From positions 234 through 64,233 of the forward strand of contig RFYI01000002.1 of assembly GCA_009921165.1 (NCBI GenBank): 64,000 nucleotides of DNA, read 5' to 3'. Position 1 is the first letter of the stretch; the number at the start of each line of letters is the position of its first letter. Below, piece after piece: positions 38,275 through 51,198 of the stretch. Made by a program: the position numbers and the translations under genes. The notes beneath the pieces were generated by a model. That model was not told the origin of the DNA. It worked only from the letters and a program-made list of their open reading frames with translations, and ran no database searches. The stretch comes from Actinomycetota bacterium (lineage in GTDB: Bacteria; Actinomycetota; Actinomycetes; Actinomycetales; Microbacteriaceae).

Positions 38275-40154
38275 TAGAGCGCCCTAATCTGATTTTCTAG
38301 AGCCACCAACTCCAATTGAATTTGGTTATGTTCTTGCGCTTGAGTTTCACTATTCAAAAGGGAAAGAGCGCTTAGCAGTGCTGCCTTCTGCCTAGTCAAC
38401 AACTTTTTCTGAGCGCTAGCAATTACCGATGTTGCATACTCTAAGAGTTGTTCACTTGAAGAAACCGGTAATTCTTTACTGCCGAGTTGACGAACAAGGT
38501 TATGCAGAACTTCAGGAGTTTTAGATCCAATCTGGTTGAACCAATCTGGAGTGTGTATAGCTGATACAGATTGGGCAGCTGCCTGAGCAATCACAACATA
38601 GGCAGGTGTTCCAAACATGTGCTCAGAGACTTGCAGGACTTGATTTGGCTGCCAAGCACTAGGAACCTGAATCAATACCGCTAAAACCTCCTGCTCCATT
38701 CGAGTATTTGGATCGTTTAGGTTTGGTGACGGAAATTCCGGTGCATCTTCCGAAACAGGTGGTTCGCCAGGATTTTGTTCAGGTGGAGTGTATGTTGACT
38801 CTCCCCTTCTGGAATTTGTAACGGCTTGCGAACGCAACTTAGTCAATTCTGCGGAGAGCAACCGGTTGATTTCATCATTAGCTAGCTGGACCTTACCGGC
38901 AAGCATGCGAACATACTCTTCTCTTGCTCCAAGTTCAGAAATCTTTGCCAACACAGTTACCGCCGCGGTTGCAGCAGATAATCTACCCGGATAGGAACTC
39001 AGGTCATGACCTGAGATCTTTTGGTCTAATGCAAACTCATAGATCGGCTTTTTAGTAGCAATCATCTCCAGAACCTCTGCATCACCTCTACTGATTCTGA
39101 GATCACAAGGGTCTAAACCCTCAGGACCAACAGCAACATAGGTACTAGCGATGAATTTGCCAGATGATTCGAATGCTCGCATGGCTGCCTTTTGTCCGGC
39201 AGCATCTGGATCAAAGGTAAAGATAACCTGAGCTCCTTGATCTCCTGAACCAAAAAGCTGATTTATACGTCTGATGTGATCATCACCAAATGCCGTTCCA
39301 CAGGTCGCAACTGCTGTTGTAACACCCGCTAGATGACAGGCCATTACATCGGTATAACCCTCAACGACAACTACCTGTCGGTTTTTAGCTATGTCCTTCT
39401 TCGCCAAATCCAAGCCATACAGCACCTGTGACTTGTGATAAACAGGTGTCTCCCCGGTGTTGATGTACTTAGCTAGTGGGTCATCTTCATAGATCTTTCT
39501 AGCCCCGAAACCAATAACAGCATTAGTAGCATCCTTGATTGGCCACACCAATCTGCCTCTGAATTTGTCGTAGCTTCGACCGTCTTTAGAAACCAGAAGA
39601 TCAACTTTGATGAGTTCTTCTTCAGTAAAGCCCTGCGCCTTGAGAGCATCACCAAGAGAATTCCACCCCTTAGGTGCATAACCTAGAAAGAAGTAATCGG
39701 CTGCTTCCTTATCGAACTTACGCTGCGCTAAGAAATCTCTCGCTGTCTGAGCTTCAGGAGTTTGTAGCTGGTTTGCAAAGAACTGGGCTGCTGCTTCATT
39801 TGCCGCGAGCAGCCTGCCTCGGTTGATACCGTCATCTTTGCCAGATCCTGCCTCATAGGTTATCTGGTAGGAAATCTTCGATGCACACTTTTCAACCGCT
39901 TCGTAGAAAGTAATGTTGTCAACTTTTTGCAAGAACTTATAAACATCCCCACCCTCACCACAACCGAAGCAGTGGTAGAAACCCTGATCTGGCCTCACGT
40001 TGAACGATGGTGACTTCTCATCATGAAAAGGACAGAGTCCCTTTAGAGAGCCAACACTGGCACCTTTAAGCTGAACATACTCGCCGACAATGTCTGCGAT
40101 GTTGACTCGTTGCTTAATAGCCTCGATATCCCGAGGTGGAATCCTGCCAGCCAT
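38274..40154 (-). CDS. dnaG: DNA primase
   Basis: CPFHDEKSPSF, CFGC zinc finger, KYINT, VEGYTD, FDPDAAG TOPRIM. Confidence 0.98.
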   Translation of the reverse strand: MAGRIPPRDIEAIKQRVNIADIVGEYVQLKGASVGSLKGLCPFHDEKSPSFNVRPDQGFYHCFGCGEGGDVYKFLQKVDNITFYEAVEKCASKISYQITYEAGSGKDDGINRGRLLAANEAAAQFFANQLQTPEAQTARDFLAQRKFDKEAADYFFLGYAPKGWNSLGDALKAQGFTEEELIKVDLLVSKDGRSYDKFRGRLVWPIKDATNAVIGFGARKIYEDDPLAKYINTGETPVYHKSQVLYGLDLAKKDIAKNRQVVVVEGYTDVMACHLAGVTTAVATCGTAFGDDHIRRINQLFGSGDQGAQVIFTFDPDAAGQKAAMRAFESSGKFIASTYVAVGPEGLDPCDLRISRGDAEVLEMIATKKPIYEFALDQKISGHDLSSYPGRLSAATAAVTVLAKISELGAREEYVRMLAGKVQLANDEINRLLSAELTKLRSQAVTNSRRGESTYTPPEQNPGEPPVSEDAPEFPSPNLNDPNTRMEQEVLAVLIQVPSAWQPNQVLQVSEHMFGTPAYVVIAQAAAQSVSAIHTPDWFNQIGSKTPEVLHNLVRQLGSKELPVSSSEQLLEYATSVIASAQKKLLTRQKAALLSALSLLNSETQAQEHNQIQLELVALENQIRAL

Positions 40155-41425
40155 TAGATAGTTCTTCGCTTAGAGCCAATAAGTGCATTATGTAATTTCA
40201 AAGCAGCCGCATCGGTAAACACTGCAATTTGATCAACAATTACCCGGTGCTTTTGTTCATCAGTCACAGCTAAATTCCACGCTGCGATGCTGTATGGGTC
40301 AAGGTATTCACCATTTGATGCCAATAGCTCATCAGCTAGCTCAGTAAGTAGAGTTCTTTGCCATTCATAGAATGGTCTTCTCTTTTCAGTTGACATTAGG
40401 AAATACGACACTAAACCTTTGAAGATTGCTATCTCAGCTTCAACTTCATTTGGAACAACTACTTGAGCGGCGTACCTTGCGAAGTTAGAACCTGGGTTAG
40501 CAGCAAAGGTTGCCTGAGTGGTTCTCGAGACGAAACTACCGATAACACTTGATGTTAGGTTCTTGAGTTGCCCTGCTTCCCGAGGTAGCCCTCTCCAGCT
40601 CTTCAACCAGTTTGGATTCTGCTGCAATCTATCTAAGGCAGCTTGCAGATCAAATCTAGAGATACGACTGCCATTCCATCGTTCTATTTCAGTGATGATG
40701 TCATCTTCTTTGCTGGAACTATTTAGTTCATCTAGTTTTAGGAAGCCTTCAACAACAGCATCTTCGAAGTCATGCACCGAATAAGCAACGTCATCACTGA
40801 AATCCATGATCTGAGCTTCAAAGCACTTGACTCGATCAGGTGCGCCTATTCTGATCCAATCAAAGACTGGAACATCATCCGAATAAACACCGAACTTTAT
40901 TGACCTATCTGCACCTTCATCGTTAACTGCAAATTCTCTGGTCCAAGGGTATTTCACCGACGCATCAAGAGAAGCTCTGGTTAGGTTCAAACCAAAAGCT
41001 AGGCCTTCCGCTGAGTAAACCTTTTGCTCTATGCGCGTTAGCAACCTAAGCGTTTGAGCATTACCTTCAAACCCACCAAAATCCTGTGACCAATCATTCA
41101 AAGCTTTTTCACCATTGTGACCAAACGGAGGGTGACCTAGATCATGAGCAAGACAAGCGGTGTCAACAACATCAGGATCGATTCCGAACTCAACTGCCAT
41201 CTCACGACCAACTTGAGCCACCTCTAAAGAGTGCGTCAACCTTGTTCTAGCGAAATCTCCTGCACCAGGAGTCAGGACCTGAGTCTTAGCGCCGAGTCTT
41301 CTAAGCGCTGATGAGTGAGTGACTCTTGCCCGGTCTCTAGCAAATTCGGTACGAGCACCCCGACCGGTACCGCTTTCCTCAAGGAAACGCTCCCGATCAA
41401 AATCTGTATATCTATCGCTACTCAT
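40154..41425 (-). CDS. dgt: Deoxyguanosinetriphosphate triphosphohydrolase
   Basis: RTRLTHSLEV, HDLGHPPFGHNGE, FEGNAQ, DDVAYSVHD. Confidence 0.95.
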   Translation of the reverse strand: MSSDRYTDFDRERFLEESGTGRGARTEFARDRARVTHSSALRRLGAKTQVLTPGAGDFARTRLTHSLEVAQVGREMAVEFGIDPDVVDTACLAHDLGHPPFGHNGEKALNDWSQDFGGFEGNAQTLRLLTRIEQKVYSAEGLAFGLNLTRASLDASVKYPWTREFAVNDEGADRSIKFGVYSDDVPVFDWIRIGAPDRVKCFEAQIMDFSDDVAYSVHDFEDAVVEGFLKLDELNSSSKEDDIITEIERWNGSRISRFDLQAALDRLQQNPNWLKSWRGLPREAGQLKNLTSSVIGSFVSRTTQATFAANPGSNFARYAAQVVVPNEVEAEIAIFKGLVSYFLMSTEKRRPFYEWQRTLLTELADELLASNGEYLDPYSIAAWNLAVTDEQKHRVIVDQIAVFTDAAALKLHNALIGSKRRTI

Positions 41426-42565
41426 CCGCCCGAAACTCCAAGCTCCGCTTCTAACAAAACCTTACGCTGGTCACCCACGAGTTCTCGTGAATCAAGCCAA
41501 TTCTCCGGCAGAGCACAGACTTTTGCTCCCCCTAGACGACCTCTAGGCCCTTCAGCAAGCTCGCCTGGGTAAGGAGCTAGCCAGTCGATAGTTCCCAGGA
41601 TGTCGTCCATCTGCTGCAGGGATTCGACCTGAGCCAAACTAGCCCTGAATTCTCCACCGACTGGATAGCCCTTGAAGTACCAGGCAACGTGCTTACGAAT
41701 GTCCCGACAGGCTCGCTCTTCCGATTCGAAGAACTCAACGAGCTACTTCGCCAAGGGTTGGTTGAACTGGATCAATAGCTTTATTAGAATTTGGATCTTT
41801 TGCGTATTCTTCGAAAGCTGCTTGCAAGTCGGCAAATAGCCAGGGTCTACCAAGACAACCTCTACCAACAACTACCCCATCACAACCGGTTTCCCGCATC
41901 ATTCTGATGGCATCACTGGCTGACCAAATATCGCCATTACCGAGAACTTGAACATCTCTAAGTTGATCTTTTAGTTCATGAATAGCGCTCCAGTCAGCAT
42001 TACCTGAGTAGTACTCAGATGCAGTTCTGGCATGAAGGGCAACAGCTGCAACTCCTGCATCTCTGGCTGATTTACCAGCTTCAATAAAAGTCAGGTGATC
42101 TGCGTCAATGCCTTTACGCATCTTCACAGACACTGGAATGTTTCCAGCAGCTTTCACAGCGCTGTTTACAATTGCTGCAAAGAGATCTTGTTTATAGGGA
42201 AGTGCTGCTCCGCCACCTTTACGGGTGACCTTAGGAACAGGACAACCAAAGTTCAGATCAATGTGGTCTGCTCTATTTTCAGCAACCAGCATTCTGACAG
42301 CTTCAGAAATAGTCTTAGGGTCAACACCATACAACTGAACTGAACGGATATCTTCACTCTCGTGATGACCAATTAGCCTCATCGCCTCTTCAGTTCTTTC
42401 AACAAGTGCACGAGAAGTAACCATCTCACTGACATAGAGACCACCACCGTATTCACGGCATAGTCTTCTAAACGCGGTGTTGGTTATGCCTGCCATCGGT
42501 GCAAGCACGACAGGTGTGGCAATAGCTATATCGCCATACTGTAGTGCTGCACCTGAGGTATTCAA
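41422..42565 (-). pseudogene. dusB: tRNA dihydrouridine synthase DusB interrupted by a frameshift/deletion near 41740
   Basis: N-part LAPMAG, DLNFGCP, HAR, GNGD, GRG ends PTLGEVAR*; another frame continues LVEFFESEERACRDIRKHVAWYFKG...SGG* to 41422. Confidence 0.85.
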
Positions 42566-42570
42566 TTGAA

Positions 42571-43950
42571 CTATTTGACTAGCTTGGCAGCTAGGTATCC
42601 GGTGAGGTTATCTAGAGAAACACGCTCTTGAGCCATGGTGTCGCGCTCACGAACTGTGACAGCCTGGTCTTCTAATGAATCGAAGTCGATGGTGACACAG
42701 AACGGAGTTCCGATTTCATCTTGACGACGATACCTTCTACCAATTGCACCTGAATCATCAAAGTCGATGTTCCAGTGTCCTCGAAGCTCTTGAGCTAGAT
42801 TCTTAGCAATCGGCGATAGATCTTCATTACGAGATAGTGGAAGAACTGCAACCTTCACAGGAGCTAGACGATAGTCCAGTCGAAGAACAGTTCTAACATC
42901 AACACCACCCTTAGTGTTAGGTGCTTCATCTTCAGCATAAGCATCAACTAGGAATGCCATTAGTGATCGAGTTAGCCCTGCCGCTGGTTCAATAACGTAA
43001 GGGGTCCAACGCTCACCCTTAGCCTGATCGAAGTATGAAAGATCAACACCTGATTCACGTGAGTGAGTGGTTAGGTCAAAATCAGTCCTATTGGCAATAC
43101 CTTCAAGCTCACCAAACTCTGAACCTTGGAAACCGAACTTGTATTCGATGTCCACTGTTCGCTTTGAGTAGTGTGAGAGCTTTTCCTTTGGGTGCTCAAA
43201 TAGACGAAGATTATCTCTATTGATACCAAGATCTAAATACCAGTTCAATCGCTCATTAATCCAGTAGTCATGCCAGGTCTCATCGGTTCCTGGCTCAACA
43301 AAGAATTCCATTTCCATCTGTTCGAATTCACGAGTACGGAAAATGAAGTTACCTGGAGTGATTTCGTTTCTGAATGACTTACCGATCTGACCAATACCAA
43401 ATGGTGGCTTCATACGAGATGCACCAAGTACATTAGCGAAGTTTACGAAGATACCCTGAGCTGTTTCAGGACGAAGGTAGTGCAGTCCTGACTCGTCTTC
43501 AACAGGACCTAGATAGGTCTTCAGTAGTCCATTGAATAACTTAGGTTCAGTCCAGATGTCTTTGCCACCACAGTTAGGGCAAGCAATCTCCGCCATTGAG
43601 GAAGGCGCTCTGCCCTTCTTCTCTTCAAAGGCTTCTTCAAGGTGATCTGCTCTAAATCTCTTGTGGCATGAGGTGCACTCGATTAGTGGATCAACGAATT
43701 CCTTGACGTGACCGGAAGACTCCCAGACCTTACGAGGAAGGATGACTGAGCTATCAAGACCCACGATATCTTCACGAGAGTTAACGATTGCACGCCACCA
43801 CTGGCGCTTGATGTTCTCTTTGAGTTCAACACCTAGTGGTCCGTAATCCCAGGCTGAACGAGTACCGCCGTAGATTTCTCCGGCAGGAAAGACAAATCCT
43901 CGCCTTTTGGCAAGTGAAATAACTGAATCTAAACGAGATGGGGTGGCCAT
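42571..43950 (-). CDS. glyQS: Glycine--tRNA ligase (alpha2 type)
   Basis: [36 protein letters not shown]. Confidence 0.97.
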   Translation of the reverse strand: MATPSRLDSVISLAKRRGFVFPAGEIYGGTRSAWDYGPLGVELKENIKRQWWRAIVNSREDIVGLDSSVILPRKVWESSGHVKEFVDPLIECTSCHKRFRADHLEEAFEEKKGRAPSSMAEIACPNCGGKDIWTEPKLFNGLLKTYLGPVEDESGLHYLRPETAQGIFVNFANVLGASRMKPPFGIGQIGKSFRNEITPGNFIFRTREFEQMEMEFFVEPGTDETWHDYWINERLNWYLDLGINRDNLRLFEHPKEKLSHYSKRTVDIEYKFGFQGSEFGELEGIANRTDFDLTTHSRESGVDLSYFDQAKGERWTPYVIEPAAGLTRSLMAFLVDAYAEDEAPNTKGGVDVRTVLRLDYRLAPVKVAVLPLSRNEDLSPIAKNLAQELRGHWNIDFDDSGAIGRRYRRQDEIGTPFCVTIDFDSLEDQAVTVRERDTMAQERVSLDNLTGYLAAKLVK

Positions 43951-44000
43951 TGTTGCTCCCTTGGTTAGGCACCGTTGGCTGCGGTGCTTGAACCTAAAGT

Positions 44001-44744
44001 TTATCGGGTAGTTGGCTTAGCCTTCTTAGGCTTGTCCACTGCCCCGCCAAAGCGCCTATTGCGCTTGGCATACTGCTGAATAGCTTCAAATAGGTGCTTC
44101 CTTGAAAAATCAGGCCAAAGCACATCCAAAAAGACAAACTCTGCGTATGCAGACTGCCAAAGCAAGAAATTACTAATACGCTGTTCTCCACTGGATCTAA
44201 TAAACAAATCAACATCCGGTAGGTCTTTAGTCAGAAGATACTTCTGAACGGTCTTTTCGGTAACTGAACCTTTGATTTTGCCTGACTTGCTATCTTCCAG
44301 CATCTGGTTGATGGCATCAACAATCTCAATGCGGCTGCCGTAGTTGACCGCCATGGTGAAGGTAAGCCCTTTATTCTTTGAAGTTAGTTTCTCAGCGGTA
44401 AGAAGTTCATCAATAACTGTTGGCCAGAGCTTGGGCCTTCTCCCAGCCCAACGAATGCGAACATTCCAACCGTCAAGCTCATCTCGTCTTCTTCTTAAAA
44501 CCTCACGGTTATAGTTCATGAGAAACTTGACCTCTTCAGGAGATCTCTTCCAGTTCTCTGTTGAGAAAGCAAATACCGTTAGGTATTTCACTCCCGCCTC
44601 GATTGCACCTTCGATCACATCCATGAGCGCTGCTTCACCTGCACGGTGACCTTCAACGCGGGTTAGCCCCCTGGCATTGGCCCAACGGCCATTCCCATCC
44701 ATAACAATGGCAACATGAACTGGAACTTGTCCATCAAATTTCAT
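44001..44744 (-). CDS. uppS: Isoprenyl transferase (cis-prenyl diphosphate synthase)
   Basis: [30 protein letters not shown]. Confidence 0.95.
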   Translation of the reverse strand: MKFDGQVPVHVAIVMDGNGRWANARGLTRVEGHRAGEAALMDVIEGAIEAGVKYLTVFAFSTENWKRSPEEVKFLMNYNREVLRRRRDELDGWNVRIRWAGRRPKLWPTVIDELLTAEKLTSKNKGLTFTMAVNYGSRIEIVDAINQMLEDSKSGKIKGSVTEKTVQKYLLTKDLPDVDLFIRSSGEQRISNFLLWQSAYAEFVFLDVLWPDFSRKHLFEAIQQYAKRNRRFGGAVDKPKKAKPTTR

Positions 44745-45466
44745 GCGCGCTCCAAATGGTTGAAAGATTTAAGTCCACGATCGATATGCCACTGACTATA
44801 TGCACTTACGATAGCGGATGCCCGTTCCTTAGCACCAACCGAAGCAGTATCAACATAATCCCATTCACCAGCGAGCAAAGAGCCAAGTAGTACTGCAACA
44901 TCTTGACTGATGATGGCAGCCCCAGGTGGCATGCACTTCTCACAAACGACACCACCGGTTTGAATCACGAAACCAGCATGAGGACCAACAGCATTGCATC
45001 CTGTGCAATCAGCAAAGTTAGGTGCCCAACCTGCAACAGCTAATGCTCTTAGTAAATAGCTATCTAGGATCTGAGCCGGATCATGTTCTTTAGTTGCTAA
45101 TGAGCGAAGCGCTCCGACGAGTAATAAATACTGTTGCGTTGCTCTTTCATCTCCGGTTAGTCGCATAGCTGTTTCAGCCATAACATTGGCAACAGTAAAA
45201 GCAGAGTAGTCATCGGTAATGGCACTACCGTAAGCTCCAATGGTTTCAGCTTGCGTTACAGTATCTAGATTCTTACCCTCATAGAACTGAATGTCGGCAA
45301 CCATAAAAGGTTCCAAACGTGCACCCATCTTCGATGCAGTTCTTCTAACCCCTTTAGCAACTGCTCTGACTTGACCGTGGTAACGAGTGAGCAGTGTGAC
45401 AATACGATCTGCTTCACCCAGTTTGTGGGTGCGCAGCACAACTGCTTCATCTCGATAAGTAGGCAC
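44741..45466 (-). CDS. recO: DNA repair protein RecO
   Basis: LGEADRI, AVAKGVR, CxxC...CxxC zinc finger. Confidence 0.95.
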   Translation of the reverse strand: MPTYRDEAVVLRTHKLGEADRIVTLLTRYHGQVRAVAKGVRRTASKMGARLEPFMVADIQFYEGKNLDTVTQAETIGAYGSAITDDYSAFTVANVMAETAMRLTGDERATQQYLLLVGALRSLATKEHDPAQILDSYLLRALAVAGWAPNFADCTGCNAVGPHAGFVIQTGGVVCEKCMPPGAAIISQDVAVLLGSLLAGEWDYVDTASVGAKERASAIVSAYSQWHIDRGLKSFNHLERA

Positions 45467-45476
45467 CTATCAAGTA

Positions 45477-47353
<1,877 letters not shown>

Positions 47354-47373
47354 GGTTTTAGGCTAACACAGCC

Positions 47374-48264
47374 TTACATTCCAAGGCGACCGAGTTGTTT
47401 TGGATCCCGTTGCCAATCAGGAGCTACCTTCACATGGATGCGCAGCATGACCTTGGTACCAAGCAACTTCTCGATCTCAACTCTGGCTTCAGAGCCAATC
47501 TGCTTCAGTCTTGAGCCACCCTTACCAATGACGATTGCCTTCTGGCTATCCCGTTCAACCCATAGGTTGGCATGGATGTCGTAGATGTTGGAATCTTCTC
47601 TTGGCCCCATTTCATCAATGGTTACAGCCAATGAGTGCGGCAATTCTTCACGAGAGTCTTCGAGAGATGCTTCCCGGATCAGTTCACAAACTCGTTCTTC
47701 CAAAGATTCTTCTGTTTTCATGTCCTCTGGATATAGTGCTTGAGATTTAGGAAGTAGTTCCCCGAGGATAACTTTTAGTTCGTCTAGCTGTTCACCTGAA
47801 ATAGCACTGACCGGGATAACTGCATCCCAGTTTCTAAGCTCACTAATCTCCACCAACTGTTTAGCCAGTGCATCTCGACTGACAGTTTCGGATTTAGTCA
47901 CCAGAGCTATAAGTTTTGCTCTGCGATACTCACTAAGTTGTTCGTTGATGAACGCATCCCCTGGGCCAATCTTTTCATTAGCTGGAACACAGAAACCAAT
48001 CACATCAACAGAGTTAAGAGTGTTACCAACAACATCGTTCAATCGCTGACCTAACAGAGTTCTAGGACGGTGTAATCCGGGGGTATCGACGACAATGATC
48101 TGAGCAGCTGGAGTATTTACTATTCCTCTAATGGCTCTTCTGGTGGTTTGTGGCTTTGAGCTTGTGATAGCAATCTTCTCACCAACTAGTGCGTTGGTAA
48201 GAGTTGACTTACCTACGTTAGGTCTACCAACAAAGGATACGAACCCCGATCTAAACTCGTTCAT
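47374..48264 (-). CDS. era: GTPase Era
   Basis: GRPNVGKST, PQTTR, DTPG, KH domain VIGKGG. Confidence 0.97.
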   Translation of the reverse strand: MNEFRSGFVSFVGRPNVGKSTLTNALVGEKIAITSSKPQTTRRAIRGIVNTPAAQIIVVDTPGLHRPRTLLGQRLNDVVGNTLNSVDVIGFCVPANEKIGPGDAFINEQLSEYRRAKLIALVTKSETVSRDALAKQLVEISELRNWDAVIPVSAISGEQLDELKVILGELLPKSQALYPEDMKTEESLEERVCELIREASLEDSREELPHSLAVTIDEMGPREDSNIYDIHANLWVERDSQKAIVIGKGGSRLKQIGSEARVEIEKLLGTKVMLRIHVKVAPDWQRDPKQLGRLGM

Positions 48265-49388
48265 TCGCCATCAACTTCGAAGGCTTTACGAGCGGCCAAT
48301 AATTCTTCATTCATACGCACCAACGCAGTGATAACTCGTTTACGACGACCTTCAATGCGTTCCACCTTAATCTCAAGACCAGAAAATACGATCTGGTCTG
48401 CTCGTCCCGGCAATCTGCCCAGCTCTTTTGCAAGCAACCCACCAACACTGTCAACATCTTCATCCTCTAGTTCAAGATCGAAGTGTTCACCTAAATCAAA
48501 AAGTGAAAGCCTTGCGCTAACCCTAACCCAGCCATCCTCTACTTCTTCAACTTCAGGTAGATCATTATCGTATTCATCACTGATGTTTCCAACGATTTCT
48601 TCAATGACGTCTTCCATGGTGGCAAGGCCAGCGATGCCGCCATACTCATCAACGATTAGAGCAATGTGTGTTGATGTCTTTTGCATCTCCTGCAACAGAT
48701 CATCAACCGGCTTACTCTCAGGAACAAAGATTGGCTTACGGGCAATGTCTATTGCACGGATAGATGCCGCTCGCTCAGGATTCTCATGAATGAGCCTTGC
48801 CACATCTTTGATGTATAGAACACCTTTGACATCATCAAGGTTTTTACCGATAACAGGAAGCCTTGAAAAGCCATGTCTAAAGAACACGGTCATGCTCTCA
48901 TCAAGAGTTTCTTCAGCAGAGACGGTAGCCATGTCAATTCTTGGGACCATGATCTCTCGAGAGATGGTCTCTGATAACTCTTCAACTGATTCGATAAGTT
49001 CTTGTTCAAACTCTTCGGTTACCTCGGTAGGAAGTGATAGAGGAGTGAAGAGGATGTTGATGGATTTGATAATCGGAGCAAGAGATTTGAGCACTCTCCG
49101 ACCAAATGCGCTCTTACCAATTGTTTTACCAACTATCTGAATGAGAACGGAAAGACCAGCAACAATGAGCACTGACAGGATGGCCACCACCCACCAGGAA
49201 TACTTACCTGGCGTAAATGATTGACTAACCACTATTCCAAAGAGACCAACTGCCGCCATCCGAGTAAAGGCAATGCCATCGGTTGATCTGTCATCCTCAT
49301 CGTTGAGCCTGATGGCAGCTTCGGCAATTGCCAGTAACAGGGTCACTAAAGCCAAAACAATAGCCAACAAGATTGCAATAACAAGCAT
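48261..49388 (-). CDS. Hemolysin/CNNM family protein (CBS pair plus CorC)
   Basis: N-terminal TMs, MVPR, SRLPV, VDEYGG, EEIVGNI. Confidence 0.9.
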   Translation of the reverse strand: MLVIAILLAIVLALVTLLLAIAEAAIRLNDEDDRSTDGIAFTRMAAVGLFGIVVSQSFTPGKYSWWVVAILSVLIVAGLSVLIQIVGKTIGKSAFGRRVLKSLAPIIKSINILFTPLSLPTEVTEEFEQELIESVEELSETISREIMVPRIDMATVSAEETLDESMTVFFRHGFSRLPVIGKNLDDVKGVLYIKDVARLIHENPERAASIRAIDIARKPIFVPESKPVDDLLQEMQKTSTHIALIVDEYGGIAGLATMEDVIEEIVGNISDEYDNDLPEVEEVEDGWVRVSARLSLFDLGEHFDLELEDEDVDSVGGLLAKELGRLPGRADQIVFSGLEIKVERIEGRRKRVITALVRMNEELLAARKAFEVDGE

Positions 49389-49844
49389 TTAGTTAGCTGC
49401 CTTCATGAACTCCGCAACAATCTCTTCTTGCAGAGCAAACATTTCAATCTCATCTTCTTTTTCAACATGGTCATAACCAAGTAAATGAAGTATTGAGTGA
49501 GCGATTAGAATCAAGGTTTCTTTTAGCTCTGAATGGTTAGCAACGACTGCTTGTCTTTGTGCAACCTGAGGACAGAGCACAATCATTCCTAAATGCCCAG
49601 CCGGTGTCAGAGCATTTGGCTTACCAGGACGCAGTCCATCAATGGGCTGAGACAGGACATCGGTTGGGCCGCTCTCCTGCATCCAATCGAGGTGGTAAGC
49701 CTCCATGACGTTCTCGTTGACCAGAAGTATTTCGATATCAGCAGCTGCATCGATGTGCATCTTCTGCAGTGCGAAGTTAGCCAATCCTAAGATTTGCTCT
49801 AGCGGAGCATCAATTCCTGATTCATTCTCAATCTCGATGCTCAT
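49389..49844 (-). CDS. ybeY: rRNA maturation RNase YbeY
   Basis: PTDVLS, HSILHLLGYDH. Confidence 0.94.
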   Translation of the reverse strand: MSIEIENESGIDAPLEQILGLANFALQKMHIDAAADIEILLVNENVMEAYHLDWMQESGPTDVLSQPIDGLRPGKPNALTPAGHLGMIVLCPQVAQRQAVVANHSELKETLILIAHSILHLLGYDHVEKEDEIEMFALQEEIVAEFMKAAN

Positions 49845-50824
49845 TACTTAGCCTTTAGTTTCTTAGCTTCGAACTTCGAATAAGCGTCAACTATTCGACC
49901 AACCAGCGAATGTCTAACCACATCGGATGAATCAAGCTGACAGAAGGCAAGGTCTTGAACATCAGTCAAGATACTGCTCGCAACTTTCAAGCCTGAGTTA
50001 CCCATCGGTAAGTCAATCTGGGTCACGTCTCCGGTAACCACCATCTTGGAATTGAACCCTAGACGGGTTAGGAACATCTTCATCTGTTCAGGAGTTGTGT
50101 TCTGAGCTTCATCCAAGATGATAAATGAATCGTTCAGTGTTCGACCTCGCATGTATGCAAGAGGTGCAACTTCAATAGTTCCAGTTGCCATCAACTTAGG
50201 CACTGAATCTGGATCTAACATCTCGTGCAGAGCATCAAATAGCGGCCTAAGATACGGGTCAATCTTGTCGGTCAATGTGCCAGGTAGGAAACCTAAGCGC
50301 TCTCCTGCCTCAACCGCAGGTCTAGTCAAGATAATTCTGCTAACTTCTTTTCTCTGCAAAGCTTGAACCGCTTTGGCCATAGCTAGATAGGTCTTACCGG
50401 TTCCAGCAGGACCAATACCAAAAACAATTGTGTTCTCATCGATGGCATCAACATAGTTCTTCTGGTTAGTAGTCTTTGGCCTGATGCTCTTGCCTCGATT
50501 AGAGAGAATGCTTTGGCTAAGCATTTGAGTTGGACTCTGTGATTGTTGAATCATCTGAGCTGAGCGAGAGATATCTGCTGGAGCAACATTTAGTCCAGCT
50601 TGAACAAGCTTGATTGCCTCATCGATAAGTTTCTTAGCAGCGAAGCACTCGTCTTCAGTTCCAGTGATACTTACCTGGTTACCTCTTACCAAAACAGAAA
50701 CAGTTGGGTGCTCAGCTTCAATAGTTTTGAGTAACTGATCTTCAGTTCCAAATACAGCAAGAGGGTTAACCTCTGTGATTGCAAACTCTAATTTCGTATC
50801 TTTTGCAGATGATGAATTCGGCAC
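49844..50824 (-). CDS. phoH: PhoH family ATPase
   Basis: GPAGTGKT, LGFLPG, YMRGRT, DEAQN. Confidence 0.94.
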   Translation of the reverse strand: MPNSSSAKDTKLEFAITEVNPLAVFGTEDQLLKTIEAEHPTVSVLVRGNQVSITGTEDECFAAKKLIDEAIKLVQAGLNVAPADISRSAQMIQQSQSPTQMLSQSILSNRGKSIRPKTTNQKNYVDAIDENTIVFGIGPAGTGKTYLAMAKAVQALQRKEVSRIILTRPAVEAGERLGFLPGTLTDKIDPYLRPLFDALHEMLDPDSVPKLMATGTIEVAPLAYMRGRTLNDSFIILDEAQNTTPEQMKMFLTRLGFNSKMVVTGDVTQIDLPMGNSGLKVASSILTDVQDLAFCQLDSSDVVRHSLVGRIVDAYSKFEAKKLKAK

Positions 50825-51147
50825 TAAGACCTCGGAGTCGTGCTGGTTATGTGAGCGTGAGCGTGGAAGACAGTCTGACCTGCTTCAACACCTGTATTGA
50901 ACTGAAGGCGGAAAGAACCGGTTGAGAGAAGTTCTGAAACTCTCACACCTAACTGAATAACATCAGCTAACACTTCAGGATCTGAAACAGCTAGTTCAGC
51001 AACATCTGAATAGTGAACGCGAGGGACAACCAAAACGTGAACCGGTTGTCTTGGGTGAATATCATTAAAGGCAACAGCGTGCTTTGATTCAGCCACAAAC
51101 GTTGCAGGTAACTCACCTGAGGTAATCTTGCAGAAAATGCAATCCAA
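50824..51147 (-). CDS. HIT family protein
   Basis: CIFCKI, GQTVFHAHAH. Confidence 0.92.
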   Translation of the reverse strand: MDCIFCKITSGELPATFVAESKHAVAFNDIHPRQPVHVLVVPRVHYSDVAELAVSDPEVLADVIQLGVRVSELLSTGSFRLQFNTGVEAGQTVFHAHAHITSTTPRS

Positions 51148-51198
51148 TGAAACTCCTTATTTCCGTTACAAGTCTAGGCAATCCCAAGGCCGATAAGA

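Noticed and set aside
41422-41637. 71-aa ORF as an independent gene
   Set aside because: It is the C-terminal part of the frameshifted dusB.
41580-41760. Apparent local GC rise next to the dusB break as evidence of a chimeric junction
   Set aside because: The stretch is too short to judge by eye; read mapping is needed.
43951-44000. Hairpin GCACCG-n7-CGGTGC upstream of glyQS considered as a T-box or riboswitch
   Set aside because: The region is only about 50 nt and has no T-box bulge or specifier stem; probably a simple leader hairpin.
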